The notes beneath the pieces were generated by a model that was given only the letters and a program-made list of their open reading frames with translations, made no database searches and was not told the DNA's origin. From an uncultured Bacteroidia bacterium (lineage in GTDB: Bacteria > Bacteroidota > Bacteroidia > J057 > CALAJH01): a DNA stretch of 42,556 nucleotides. Below, piece after piece: positions 30,924-40,323 of this stretch. Position 1 is the stretch's first letter; every line of letters begins with the position of its first letter. The position numbers and the translations under genes were made by a program. The stretch spans positions 1-42,556 of the forward strand of contig CALAJH010000019.1 in NCBI GenBank assembly GCA_937922655.1, read 5' to 3'.

Positions 30924-31010
30924 CTTATTTTTCTAATAGGTAAAATTACGATAATTTTGGGCCAACACAAAAATAGGGGACGCGCCCCCGTTTTTTATTG
31001 CCTCTTTCCG

Positions 31011-31082
<72 letters not shown>

Positions 31083-31092
31083 GGTCATTGCG

Positions 31093-31164
31093 AGCGGGAG
31101 ACGAGACTCGAACCCGCAACCCTCAGCTTGGAAGGCTGATGCTCTACCATTGAGCTACTCCCGC
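31093..31164 (-). tRNA. tRNA-Gly (anticodon TCC)
   Basis: Acceptor GCGGGAG/CTCCCGC, anticodon loop CTTCCAA, T-loop GGTTCGAGTC. Confidence 0.9.
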
Positions 31165-31192
31165 AATAATCCTAAACAATAATCCTATGGGG

Positions 31193-31275
31193 TGGGGAGT
31201 AGTGGGTTCGAACCACTGTAGGCGTAAGCCAACGGATTTACAGTCCGCCCCGTTTGACCGCTCCGGCAACTCCCC
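31193..31275 (-). tRNA. tRNA-Tyr (anticodon GTA), long variable arm
   Basis: Acceptor GGGGAGT/ACTCCCC, anticodon loop CTGTAAA, extended variable arm, T-loop GGTTCGAACC. 83 nt. Confidence 0.9.
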
Positions 31276-31352
31276 TCAACATTTTCGCGGCGCAAAGTTA
31301 CGAACTATATTTCATAGCGCAACTTTTTAGCGTTATTTTTTTACTTTTTTTG

Positions 31353-31425
31353 AGCCCCCAGACGGACTCGAACCGCCGACCTACTGATTACAAATCAGTA
31401 GCTCTACCAACTGAGCTATGGAGGC
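31353..31425 (-). tRNA. tRNA-Thr (anticodon TGT)
   Basis: Acceptor GCCTCCA/TGGGGGC (one G-U pair), anticodon stem ACTGA/TCAGT with loop TTTGTAA, T-loop GGTTCGAGTCC. Confidence 0.9.
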
Positions 31426-31614
31426 TTTGTTTTGCACAACAAAATTAGCGCTTTTCACCTTTCAAACCCCATCTTTTTTTCGTTTACGCGAAATTTTTCT
31501 CGGCCTTATGCAATATATCCATTCCCATTATGAAAATAAACGGTGGTTTGTGGCTAACGCACGGGAGACGCGGGGGAAAAAACGGCGCCCCGCGTCACGG
31601 GATTCGTCGTAATT

Positions 31615-34600
31615 TTGACCGCACAATCCTTGCACGCGATGACCGACGAACGCAGAAAATTACGCGACCCTTTCAAAATCTCCTCCCGGTTCTATCAACT
31701 AACCTTTCGGGGAAAAATTCTTTTTTTGATATTGGCGGGTATAACGCTTACCGCCGGCGCCGTCGGCTTCTTTGGCTTCAATGCGGCCGTCGACGAAATG
31801 CGAAAATCGGTTTCCAGTCGGCTTTCGTCGGTACATGAGGGCAAAAAACGCGAAATCGAACAGCACTTTGGACGCATTGCCAAACAAGCGGTTGCTTTGG
31901 CTCGAGACCCCGCCGTCGTTTCCGCCGCCCAGCAATTCGCCGGCGCCTTCAAATACCTCAATCCTTACCTCCCCAAAGACAAAGCGGCCGCCATAAACGC
32001 CGCCGTCAATCAATACTATCACGCATCGCTTCTTACCCGACTGGCCGCACAAATGACCGACACCTCCGGCGTTTTCAACGACTACGCACCCAAAGACAAT
32101 CGCTCCAAATACCTGCAATACCATTACATCGTCAATGCCCCCGGCGATTGGGACAAAAAGCACGAGGCGGACTCGGCGGCCGATGGCAGTGGTTATTCGT
32201 CCATACACGCTTATTACCATCCCCAAATCCGTTCCGCGCTCGAAGGAACGCCGTTTCGCGATCTGCTCCTCATCGACGCCGAAGGCAACGTCGTCTACAC
32301 CTTCCGCAAACACGTCGAATTTACCTCCAACCTTGAAAAAGGTCCGCTCGCAAAATCGAAGTTGGCCGAGGCTTTCCGTGCGGCCCTTAAAGCGGAAAAA
32401 CGCGGTTTGGCGTTTTTCGCCGACTTCGAGTTCCACCTGCCGGCGCTCTCGCGACCGATGGCCTTCGTTACCGTACCGATTTTTGTCGGCAACCGCGTCG
32501 TCGGCGTCGCCGCCCTGAGAATTTCCAAATCCGAAATCGACGACATCGTTACCTCCGGCAGAAAATGGGACGAACTCGGTCAAACGGGTGAAACCTACAT
32601 CGTCGGTCCCGATTACCTTTTGCGAACCGAATCCCGTTCGTTTTTGCAAAACCCTCGAAAATTCGCCCAAGAAGTACAACAACACTTCACCGACAGCCTT
32701 AGCGTCAAACGTATGCTGGCCATGGGAACGAGCGTGCTTCTCCTGCGTGCCGAAACCGACGCCGTACGCGACGCTTTCGCCGGCCGCGAAGGCGAAAAAA
32801 ACTTCATGCGCAACTACCGCTCGTTTTTTGTCATCAGCCACTATTCCCCGTTGAATATCGCCGGGGTCAATTGGGTCATTGTTACGGAAATCGATGCAAG
32901 CGAGGCTTTGGCGTCCATCGTCGAATTTGGAAAAAGCGCCCTTTTGACCATCGGAATCATTATCTTACTGGTGGGCGTGGGTGCGTTTTTCGTGGCGCGT
33001 TCCATTTCCAAACCGATTATCCGCCTCAAAGACGCCGTTCACACCCTTTCCCAAGGCAAGGTGCCCGATGAAATGCTCCGGCCCCGAAGCTCCGACGAAA
33101 TCGGAAAAATGACCGTCGCCGTCAATCTGTTGATTAATCGCTTTAAAGAAACGAGCGAGTTCGCCCAAGCCGTTGGAGAAGGCCGGCTGGACGCTCCTTT
33201 TGAACCCATTGGCGAAGACGACGTGTTGGGCAACGCCCTTTTCACCATGCGGGACAAACTCAAAGCCCGCATGGACGAAGACAAACGACGCGAATGGATT
33301 AACAACGGCCTTGCCAAGTTCGGAGCCCTTTTCATTTCCACCGACAAACTCGACGTCATGCTTTCGAAGTTTGTCCATCAAATCACCGAATACCTCGGTG
33401 CGGAAATGGCCGCCGTTTACTTGACCGTCGACGACGAACGCAGAGCCACGGTCTTGGAAAACTTCGCCTCCTGCGCCTACGACCGCTCAAAAGTCGCCCC
33501 CAAAAAATTGGACCCCGAGTCGGGCGTTCACGGACGCGCATGCTACGAAAAACGCTCCATCGTCGTTCGCAACATCCCCGCCAAAACCCTTGCCGTAACC
33601 TCCGCTTTTCTTCAAACCGCCCCCGGCGAACTCATTGTCACCCCGCTCCTGGCCGGCGACCGCGTCGTCGGTACGCTGGAAATTGCGGGTTTTCTTGTCT
33701 TCGACGAACTCCAAGTCCATTTCATCGAACAGGTCTGTTCTTCTTTGGCCGCCACCATCGTCGTGATTCAGTCCAACGCCAAAACCAAAAAACTCCTTGA
33801 AGAGGCAAGGATTCTCAACGAAGAGCTCCACAGCAGGGAGGAAGAACTGCGTCTAAGCGAAGAGGAAACCCGGGCCATCAACGAGGAACTCCAACGCGTC
33901 AACGCCCAAATCCTTAAAGCCCAACAAGAACTCGAAGCCGCCAACGCCCAACTCAAAGAAAACGAAAAAGCCCTCGAACAAAAAGTCGCCGAACGCACCG
34001 CCGAACTTGAAATCGCCAGAAAAGAAGCCGAACGCGCCAGCCAAGTTAAAAGCGTCTTCTTGGCCAACATGAGCCACGAACTTCGAACCCCCCTCAACGG
34101 CATCCTTGGTTACGCCCAAATCCTCGCCGACGCCAAAGACATCCCCGAAAAACACCGCGACAAAATCCGCGTCATCCACCGTTCCGGCGACCACCTCCTC
34201 GGACTCATCAACGAAGTTCTCGACCTGAGCAAAATCGAAGCCGGTAAAATGGAACTCCGCCCCACGGAGTTCAACCTCCGCGCCTTTATGGACGATATCC
34301 GCGACATGTTCTTGCTTCGATGCCGTAGCAAGGGCATCGAGCTTCTCTTCGTCTACGACGAAAACATGCCCGCCCTCGTCCGCGCCGACGACGGCAAACT
34401 CCGCCAATGCGTCATCAACATTTTAGGCAACGCCGTCAAATTCACCCAAGAAGGCGGCGTAACCGTTTCCGTTCAACGCATTTCGCCCGGAATACTCAAG
34501 TTTGCCGTCAAAGACACGGGGCGCGGCATTCCCGCCGACCAAATCGAAGAAATCCTCAAACCTTTCCAACAAGTTGCGGGGCAACCGGGCGTCGAAGGCG

Positions 34601-35433
34601 GAACGGGACTCGGCTTGGCCATCACCAAAAGTTTTATTGAAATGATGGGCGGACAATTGACCGTCGAAAGCGAATGGGGGCGCGGAAGCACGTTTTCCTT
34701 TACTCTTCCCGTCGCCGAACTTCGTCCCGCCGATTCCCCTCAAAGCGTTCAAACCCCGACGCAAAAACCCATCTCCATTCGTTCCAACGCCAAAGTGCTG
34801 GTCGTCGACGACGTACCCACCAACGTGGACGTCGCCAAAGAAATTTTGGAAGAAGTCGGCTTCCAAGTCCATACCGCCGAAAACGGAAAGGTCGCCGTCG
34901 AAGAATTCCGGCGCCTTCGGCCCGAGCTCATTTTTATGGACATCAAAATGCCCGTCATGGACGGACTCGAAGCCACCCGACGCATTCGCCAATCCGACGG
35001 CGGCGACAAAGTTAAAATCATTGCCTTGACCGCCAGCGTATTCGAAGACAGCCGCAAAAAAGTCATCGACGCCGGCTGCGACGATTACGTACCCAAACCT
35101 TACAAAAAAGAAGACTTGTTTGTGGCCATCAGCCGACATCTCGACGTCGAACGCATTTACGAAGAAAAAACGGAGCAAACCCCCGAACCCACCTCAAACA
35201 TGGGTCCCGATTTCGCCGCCGTCGCCAAAAACCTCCCCGCAGACTACCTCGCCGCCCTCGAAAACGCCAACGACTTCGGCGACTACGAAGAAGCCGAAAA
35301 AATCCTCAAAGACCTCCAAGCTTACCCGCCTCTCGCCGAATTTGTCCGTTTCGCCCTCGACAAACTCCAAGCCTCGCGCTACGACGAATTCGACAAACTC
35401 CTTTCAAAAGTGAAAAGCACTAAATTTGAATAG
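31615..35433 (+). CDS. Hybrid sensor histidine kinase / response regulator (periplasmic sensor domain, HAMP, GAF, long coiled coil, HisKA, HATPase, REC)
   Basis: TM1 [21 protein letters not shown], a periplasmic domain of about 380 aa, then TM2 [19 protein letters not shown]. Heptad coiled coil [27 protein letters not shown]... H-box [22 protein letters not shown]-box [10 protein letters not shown]. Receiver domain [11 protein letters not shown]....[13 protein letters not shown]. The start could be the internal Met at 31639. Confidence 0.8.
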   Translation: MTAQSLHAMTDERRKLRDPFKISSRFYQLTFRGKILFLILAGITLTAGAVGFFGFNAAVDEMRKSVSSRLSSVHEGKKREIEQHFGRIAKQAVALARDPAVVSAAQQFAGAFKYLNPYLPKDKAAAINAAVNQYYHASLLTRLAAQMTDTSGVFNDYAPKDNRSKYLQYHYIVNAPGDWDKKHEADSAADGSGYSSIHAYYHPQIRSALEGTPFRDLLLIDAEGNVVYTFRKHVEFTSNLEKGPLAKSKLAEAFRAALKAEKRGLAFFADFEFHLPALSRPMAFVTVPIFVGNRVVGVAALRISKSEIDDIVTSGRKWDELGQTGETYIVGPDYLLRTESRSFLQNPRKFAQEVQQHFTDSLSVKRMLAMGTSVLLLRAETDAVRDAFAGREGEKNFMRNYRSFFVISHYSPLNIAGVNWVIVTEIDASEALASIVEFGKSALLTIGIIILLVGVGAFFVARSISKPIIRLKDAVHTLSQGKVPDEMLRPRSSDEIGKMTVAVNLLINRFKETSEFAQAVGEGRLDAPFEPIGEDDVLGNALFTMRDKLKARMDEDKRREWINNGLAKFGALFISTDKLDVMLSKFVHQITEYLGAEMAAVYLTVDDERRATVLENFASCAYDRSKVAPKKLDPESGVHGRACYEKRSIVVRNIPAKTLAVTSAFLQTAPGELIVTPLLAGDRVVGTLEIAGFLVFDELQVHFIEQVCSSLAATIVVIQSNAKTKKLLEEARILNEELHSREEELRLSEEETRAINEELQRVNAQILKAQQELEAANAQLKENEKALEQKVAERTAELEIARKEAERASQVKSVFLANMSHELRTPLNGILGYAQILADAKDIPEKHRDKIRVIHRSGDHLLGLINEVLDLSKIEAGKMELRPTEFNLRAFMDDIRDMFLLRCRSKGIELLFVYDENMPALVRADDGKLRQCVINILGNAVKFTQEGGVTVSVQRISPGILKFAVKDTGRGIPADQIEEILKPFQQVAGQPGVEGGTGLGLAITKSFIEMMGGQLTVESEWGRGSTFSFTLPVAELRPADSPQSVQTPTQKPISIRSNAKVLVVDDVPTNVDVAKEILEEVGFQVHTAENGKVAVEEFRRLRPELIFMDIKMPVMDGLEATRRIRQSDGGDKVKIIALTASVFEDSRKKVIDAGCDDYVPKPYKKEDLFVAISRHLDVERIYEEKTEQTPEPTSNMGPDFAAVAKNLPADYLAALENANDFGDYEEAEKILKDLQAYPPLAEFVRFALDKLQASRYDEFDKLLSKVKSTKFE

Positions 35434-35533
35434 AACCCTTTTTTTCAAAAAAAATAATTTGTGCGCGAAAGAATAGCGTCTTTACGACATTTTTTCTAAC
35501 TTTGCAGCATTATATTATTGCCCCGCGAAAAAT

Positions 35534-36214
35534 ATGTCCCACTACGACAAAAAATATTTTGATTGGCAAAAAAATATTGGAGAATTCGCAGGCCTGGTTA
35601 ATCGCTTTTTTTTCATGCCCTTTATGGACGAAAAGAAAAACGTATTGGACTACGGGTGCGGCGGAGGATATTTGCTAAAAAACTTGCCCGGCGCAGAAAA
35701 AATCGGCTATGAAATCAACCTATCGGCCCATGAGACAATTAAGGCAAACGGCATAACCCCCAAAAGTTCGTTTGACGAGATCCCCGACCATTGGGCCGAC
35801 ATTGTCATTTCCAACAGCGTTCTTGAACATGTTCATCATCCATTAACGGAATTGAAAAAACTATATGACAAAGTAAAACCCGGTGGTCTTCTGGTTTTTG
35901 TCGTTCCTCATGAAATATTTATGGAGTTTCGAGAAGACGATGTCAATCAACATCTATATACATGGAGCGAAATGTGTCTAGGGAATCTTTTCAAACTTGC
36001 CGGCTATAAAGTACTTAAAGTCGAAACCATCTATTACCGATGGCCTATCATCATTTATCCCCGCGTTTATAAATGGCTTGGCGAAAAGAGGTTTGTAAAA
36101 GTGTCAAAATTTTATGCACGCTACCTCCACTACTGGGTTCTAAAATTCCGTCCCGTCTATCGTCACTACGGTATTGTTCGATACATCCGAATCGTAGCAC
36201 AAAAAAATGCTTGA
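35534..36214 (+). CDS. Class I SAM-dependent methyltransferase (in an AT-rich islet)
   Basis: Motif I VLDYGCGGGYLL, ...ADIVISNSVLEHV, motif KPGGLLVFVVP. 226 aa. Base composition is clearly lower in GC than the flanks. Confidence 0.7.
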   Translation: MSHYDKKYFDWQKNIGEFAGLVNRFFFMPFMDEKKNVLDYGCGGGYLLKNLPGAEKIGYEINLSAHETIKANGITPKSSFDEIPDHWADIVISNSVLEHVHHPLTELKKLYDKVKPGGLLVFVVPHEIFMEFREDDVNQHLYTWSEMCLGNLFKLAGYKVLKVETIYYRWPIIIYPRVYKWLGEKRFVKVSKFYARYLHYWVLKFRPVYRHYGIVRYIRIVAQKNA

Positions 36215-36405
36215 CGGAATTTGAATTAAAACATATCTTATTGTTATTATCTTTCGGACAACTATTCGAGTAAAACTTTGTTTTCGTAGCGTTTAAGACC
36301 ACCAATATTTGAAAATGTTGAAATAGTAATCCCAATCGTCATCGACTCTTTGTACACCACATATCTTTGTATGCCATACGCCTTGAAATCGGCGCATTAA
36401 CGCCT

Positions 36406-37983
36406 TTACCTGCAAACATACCACAGTCGTTTGAGGATTATCGGGACGGTGTCGGGGTTCCAAAAATAAGATTTTAACCTTTGGCCGTCCGCCTGACGAA
36501 CGACAAGTTCCAGAGTGTCGAGGCAGTGTTTGGAACCGTGCCATGTTTTGTTCTCCAAAACAATTACGCCCCCGCAGTGCGAAACCACCGCCCATACCGC
36601 CGCCGTCCCACCCGTCCGACAAGGCAACGAATCCCAGCCCGCCGAATACGGATGAGCCGCGTCCAAAACCAACGGCGGCTCAAAAACCAACGTGTCCGTA
36701 TTCTCGTATTCGCGGCAATCGCCTTTTTCAAAGAGATAGGCCCCGGCTCCGGGCCACGTCCGCTTTTCCAATAAGCAGGGATAAAAACGGCGTATCCATT
36801 CCGCATATTCGTCCTCGTCGCAACCCGAATAAACCCACGCCGCACGCCCCGCGTTCGACCCCGACACCGAACGCATCCATCGCTCCACCGAATCCCGACA
36901 AGCGTTCGCCGTTATCTTTTTTTCCCTGCCGTAATGGTAAACGTATTCCGGATGATTGACGGACGAAAAAAAATCGGCGTCCTTCCATTCGATGCAGGCG
37001 GCATGCAATTCACGAAAACGTCCCCACGGCGCCCGGTACCAAGCAAAAATTCCGGTTAGCGCCATCACGGCCACCCAAATCCACGCCGTTCGACGCCCTT
37101 TCAAACCACGCCCCAACGTCAAAAACAAAAACGGAGCCGCAAAAAACGGCCCGTAATAGTGCAAAACCGGCGCCGACAAACGCGACTTAAAAAACATTAT
37201 CGCCGATGGAAGCGCAAACCATACCCAATATTTGCGTACTTCCAAATACCGCAACGTCGAATAAACCAATAAAACCACCGCAAACGCCGTCGCCGCATGA
37301 GAATCGTTGAACGTGTGCAATGCCCAATCAATCCAAAAAGAAGCCTCGGGCGGTGCAAGCCATCCCAATCCTCCGACGCACAACTGCGCCATTGTTATCG
37401 GCAAATGCGGAAGATACAACAACAAAGCAACAACGCCGTTTGTCAACTCCCGTTTTTTATTGGAAGAAAACGCCGCCGTCCACAAAAACATCGCCGCAAC
37501 CTGCAATGCCGCGAAATGATGACAATACGCGGCGGCGGCCATCATAGGCGCGGAGACCTTTTTGCGTTCAAGTCGATACGCCGTCCACAACACGAACATC
37601 AAACCCGGCGCATACGGTCGCGCCGCTATCAACGGTATCGTCATTGGCACGGACAACAACAACGCGGCGGCCGCCGCCGTACCCCCCATTCGATGCATCA
37701 ACCGCAACGACGCCAACGAACAGCACACAAACGGCAAGCGCACCCAAAACTCCGTCGCCGGCACGACCTTCAGCCAAAACCACAAAAACGTTTGCACGCC
37801 CGCAGGATGTCCGTCGGGTTTAACCCCTTTTTCCCACAATATGTCCAAGCGCTCGTAGCGCAATCGCACCAACGCGCTTAATTCGTCGTTGGTCAAGGAA
37901 GTGTGCATGGCCCACCCCCAATACACCGCCGCCGCCCCTATCAACCATGCGTCGGGGCGGCGACGTAAATCATAAAACCTCAC
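36406..37983 (-). CDS. GT-C fold glycosyltransferase, ArnT/PMT (GT39/GT83)-like integral membrane protein
   Basis: 525 aa, at least 10 predicted TM helices. The first-loop acidic motif (NDELSALVRL...DGHPAGV) resembles the DE...HPPL signature of ArnT/PMT_2 enzymes. Soluble C-terminal domain. Confidence 0.5.
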   Translation of the reverse strand: MRFYDLRRRPDAWLIGAAAVYWGWAMHTSLTNDELSALVRLRYERLDILWEKGVKPDGHPAGVQTFLWFWLKVVPATEFWVRLPFVCCSLASLRLMHRMGGTAAAAALLLSVPMTIPLIAARPYAPGLMFVLWTAYRLERKKVSAPMMAAAAYCHHFAALQVAAMFLWTAAFSSNKKRELTNGVVALLLYLPHLPITMAQLCVGGLGWLAPPEASFWIDWALHTFNDSHAATAFAVVLLVYSTLRYLEVRKYWVWFALPSAIMFFKSRLSAPVLHYYGPFFAAPFLFLTLGRGLKGRRTAWIWVAVMALTGIFAWYRAPWGRFRELHAACIEWKDADFFSSVNHPEYVYHYGREKKITANACRDSVERWMRSVSGSNAGRAAWVYSGCDEDEYAEWIRRFYPCLLEKRTWPGAGAYLFEKGDCREYENTDTLVFEPPLVLDAAHPYSAGWDSLPCRTGGTAAVWAVVSHCGGVIVLENKTWHGSKHCLDTLELVVRQADGQRLKSYFWNPDTVPIILKRLWYVCR

Positions 37984-40050
37984 CTAACGTTTAACAACGA
38001 CTTTCCGTCGATACTCGCGTCCGCCCGACGCCATTTTCAACACGTAGACTCCGTCGTCCAGCGTACTTACGTCGATTACGCCGTCCTTTATGAAAAACGG
38101 CACGACTTTTCCCGTTAAGTCGTACAAATTGATGTTCCATGAAGAAACGAACGGAAATTCAATATACATTTGCCTTCCTGCGGGGTTCGGATAAACGGAA
38201 ACGGCATTGTTCCAAAATTCCTCAATGGAAGAAAGAGAAAACACGTACGGTTCGGACTCAAATCGGCAACCGTCCGCGGTAACGACGACGACGGTATAGG
38301 TTCCTTCGGGCTGTGTTCCGTCCAAGGGACCTTGGTAAAGGGCGCCGTCGAGTTGCCAGGTGAGCGTCGCTCCCGTCGGTTCGGGAGAAACGGTCAATGC
38401 CGCGCCTTGTCGAACGATTTCCACTTCGGGAGCGGCGGCAAAAACGGTAAAAGAAGCCGTCGCCGTACCGACAACGACGGGGTCGGTGGCATTGACGCGC
38501 AAACGATAACCCGTACCCGCGGATGTCGTTTTGGGCAAGGCGGCGTTGAAAGCTCCAAGGCCCGCTTGGGTTGCCAACGTCGTCGGAGTGGAAAACTCGC
38601 CGTTCTCGTTTGAAAGTTCCAAGCGAAATTGGTTGCCGGCGCCGAAGCTGCCCGACGCCGTAAATTCTACGATTATATCGGAGCCCGCACAAACGTCGCC
38701 CCCCGTGTATTGCGTGGATATCGACGGCCCGGCATTCGGGTCGAAAACAAAATCAAACGGTTCGGACGTAGCGGTGCATCCGTTTGCATCTACGATTTGC
38801 ACGGTATAAATACCGCTTTCGGTGGCCTCAAACGAAACTTGAGTCGCCCCTTGAATGGCCGTGCCGTTGAAATACCATTGATAGCTTTGGGCGGCGGAAC
38901 TCGTCAGCGTATTTCCCGTCCGGGATATGGAGGGAATTTGGGGTTCGACTTCAACGACGGTTACCGACGCTTCAACGGTGGCGCCGCATTCGTCGGTCAA
39001 TGAAAGCGAGTATACGCCGGGTTGGTCGGCGGTTAGGACGGGGCCGGTTTCGGGGAGCGATTGACCGTCGCGCACCCAAACGTACTGGGCGCCCGGAAGG
39101 TTGGGGGCGGGCAAATTCACCGTGGCGCCCGCGCAAAGATTCAACGTCGGCGGCCAATTAACCACCGGCGGCGGTACCGAACGCAAATTCTGGACTCCGG
39201 GTTGGGAAACGGCGGCGGGCGACGAGGCGCGTATACGGATTTTGTAGCCCGTACCGGGAGCGATATTTAACGGAACGGTGGCCCCGATATTGCCGGAAGT
39301 CGTGCCGGGTTCCGAGCCAATGACCGTAGGATTGTCGAAAGCGCCGTTGGGCGCCGAAAGTTCGGCGGAAAAAACGTTGTCGGCGCCAAAGCTTCCGCCG
39401 GAAACCGTGAATTCTATGGAAACAAATTTCCCGGCACAGAGTTTGTCGTCGTTGAGGGGCAAAACGGCAATTGTCGGCGGGGGGACAAAAGCGGCAAACG
39501 TCCGGGAAGCGGTGTATACAAAGTCGCCGACGGTGTTGCCGTTGCCGTTGACGGCATTGACGCAGACGTAAAAAGTAAGGTTTCCGACGTCGGTCGCGGG
39601 CGCCTGCCACGGAAAAGTCCACGTCATTTCTCCGGCGACGGGCGAGTTCGTCCCGGAAGAGGTATGACCAACGTATTGGCGTCCATTGGCCGTTTGCACG
39701 CCCATGCCCATGCCGGGGTTGGGAAAATTACCGGCGGCGTTGTTGTCCGAGGTTAGGGCCGTCGTCGAAAAGCCGAATCGGGTAAAATTCGGATGGGTGG
39801 CGTAGACGGTAACGTTGTGGGTTTGGCCCGGAATATATCCCGAAAGGGGATTGCCTTGCGCATCGGTCAAACCGATTTGCACGCTTCCGCCGCCGCCGTT
39901 GAGGGGATTGCCCGCATGACAACCGGTACAGTTGCCTTCGCCGGGGGCGCCGGTCGTTCCGGCAGGGGGGGCGGAACTGTATTGTACGCCGCGTATGGTC
40001 AGCAGGGCCGTCAAAGCAAGCCCGCCAAAAAGAAAAAATTTCCGTTTCAT
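37984..40050 (-). CDS. Secreted multidomain protein with T9SS type A C-terminal sorting domain; N-terminal domain carries a CXXCH motif
   Basis: Signal peptide MKRKFFLFGGLALTALLT. GEGNCTGCHAG (CXXCH) at residues about 38-48. Two duplicated domain pairs (see findings). The C-terminus VSVYPNPAGRQMYIEF....INLYDLTGKVV.....DVSTLDDGVYVLKM matches the type A (Por secretion) CTD. Confidence 0.75.
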   Translation of the reverse strand: MKRKFFLFGGLALTALLTIRGVQYSSAPPAGTTGAPGEGNCTGCHAGNPLNGGGGSVQIGLTDAQGNPLSGYIPGQTHNVTVYATHPNFTRFGFSTTALTSDNNAAGNFPNPGMGMGVQTANGRQYVGHTSSGTNSPVAGEMTWTFPWQAPATDVGNLTFYVCVNAVNGNGNTVGDFVYTASRTFAAFVPPPTIAVLPLNDDKLCAGKFVSIEFTVSGGSFGADNVFSAELSAPNGAFDNPTVIGSEPGTTSGNIGATVPLNIAPGTGYKIRIRASSPAAVSQPGVQNLRSVPPPVVNWPPTLNLCAGATVNLPAPNLPGAQYVWVRDGQSLPETGPVLTADQPGVYSLSLTDECGATVEASVTVVEVEPQIPSISRTGNTLTSSAAQSYQWYFNGTAIQGATQVSFEATESGIYTVQIVDANGCTATSEPFDFVFDPNAGPSISTQYTGGDVCAGSDIIVEFTASGSFGAGNQFRLELSNENGEFSTPTTLATQAGLGAFNAALPKTTSAGTGYRLRVNATDPVVVGTATASFTVFAAAPEVEIVRQGAALTVSPEPTGATLTWQLDGALYQGPLDGTQPEGTYTVVVVTADGCRFESEPYVFSLSSIEEFWNNAVSVYPNPAGRQMYIEFPFVSSWNINLYDLTGKVVPFFIKDGVIDVSTLDDGVYVLKMASGGREYRRKVVVKR

Positions 40051-40323
40051 TGCTTAAAATTTTTCGTGCAAGTTAAACAATATTCAAAAAATATTTTCCA
40101 ACCTTAGATGATAAAACCATATTCGACGACGAAACAACATCGACTAAGTCGCCCAAAACATTAATTGAAATAAAAGAATTGTTTTTACCGCCGTTCATAA
40201 GAATACAATTAAAACTCGCCACAAAAAACGAAGTTTACAACGCAAAATTGACCGTACAATAAAAATTCTTTTTAGCGGGGGGACGAAGAACCGTCCCCCC
40301 GTTGTTTTTCCGGCGGCGGCAAG

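Noticed and set aside
30961-31005. Hairpin ggggacgcgcccc followed by tttttt between tuf and tRNA-Thr(GGT)
   Set aside because: It looks like a plus-strand terminator, but no plus-strand gene lies upstream. On the minus strand it sits between the tRNA cluster and tuf, where it could equally be a processing or attenuation element. This is too ambiguous to call.
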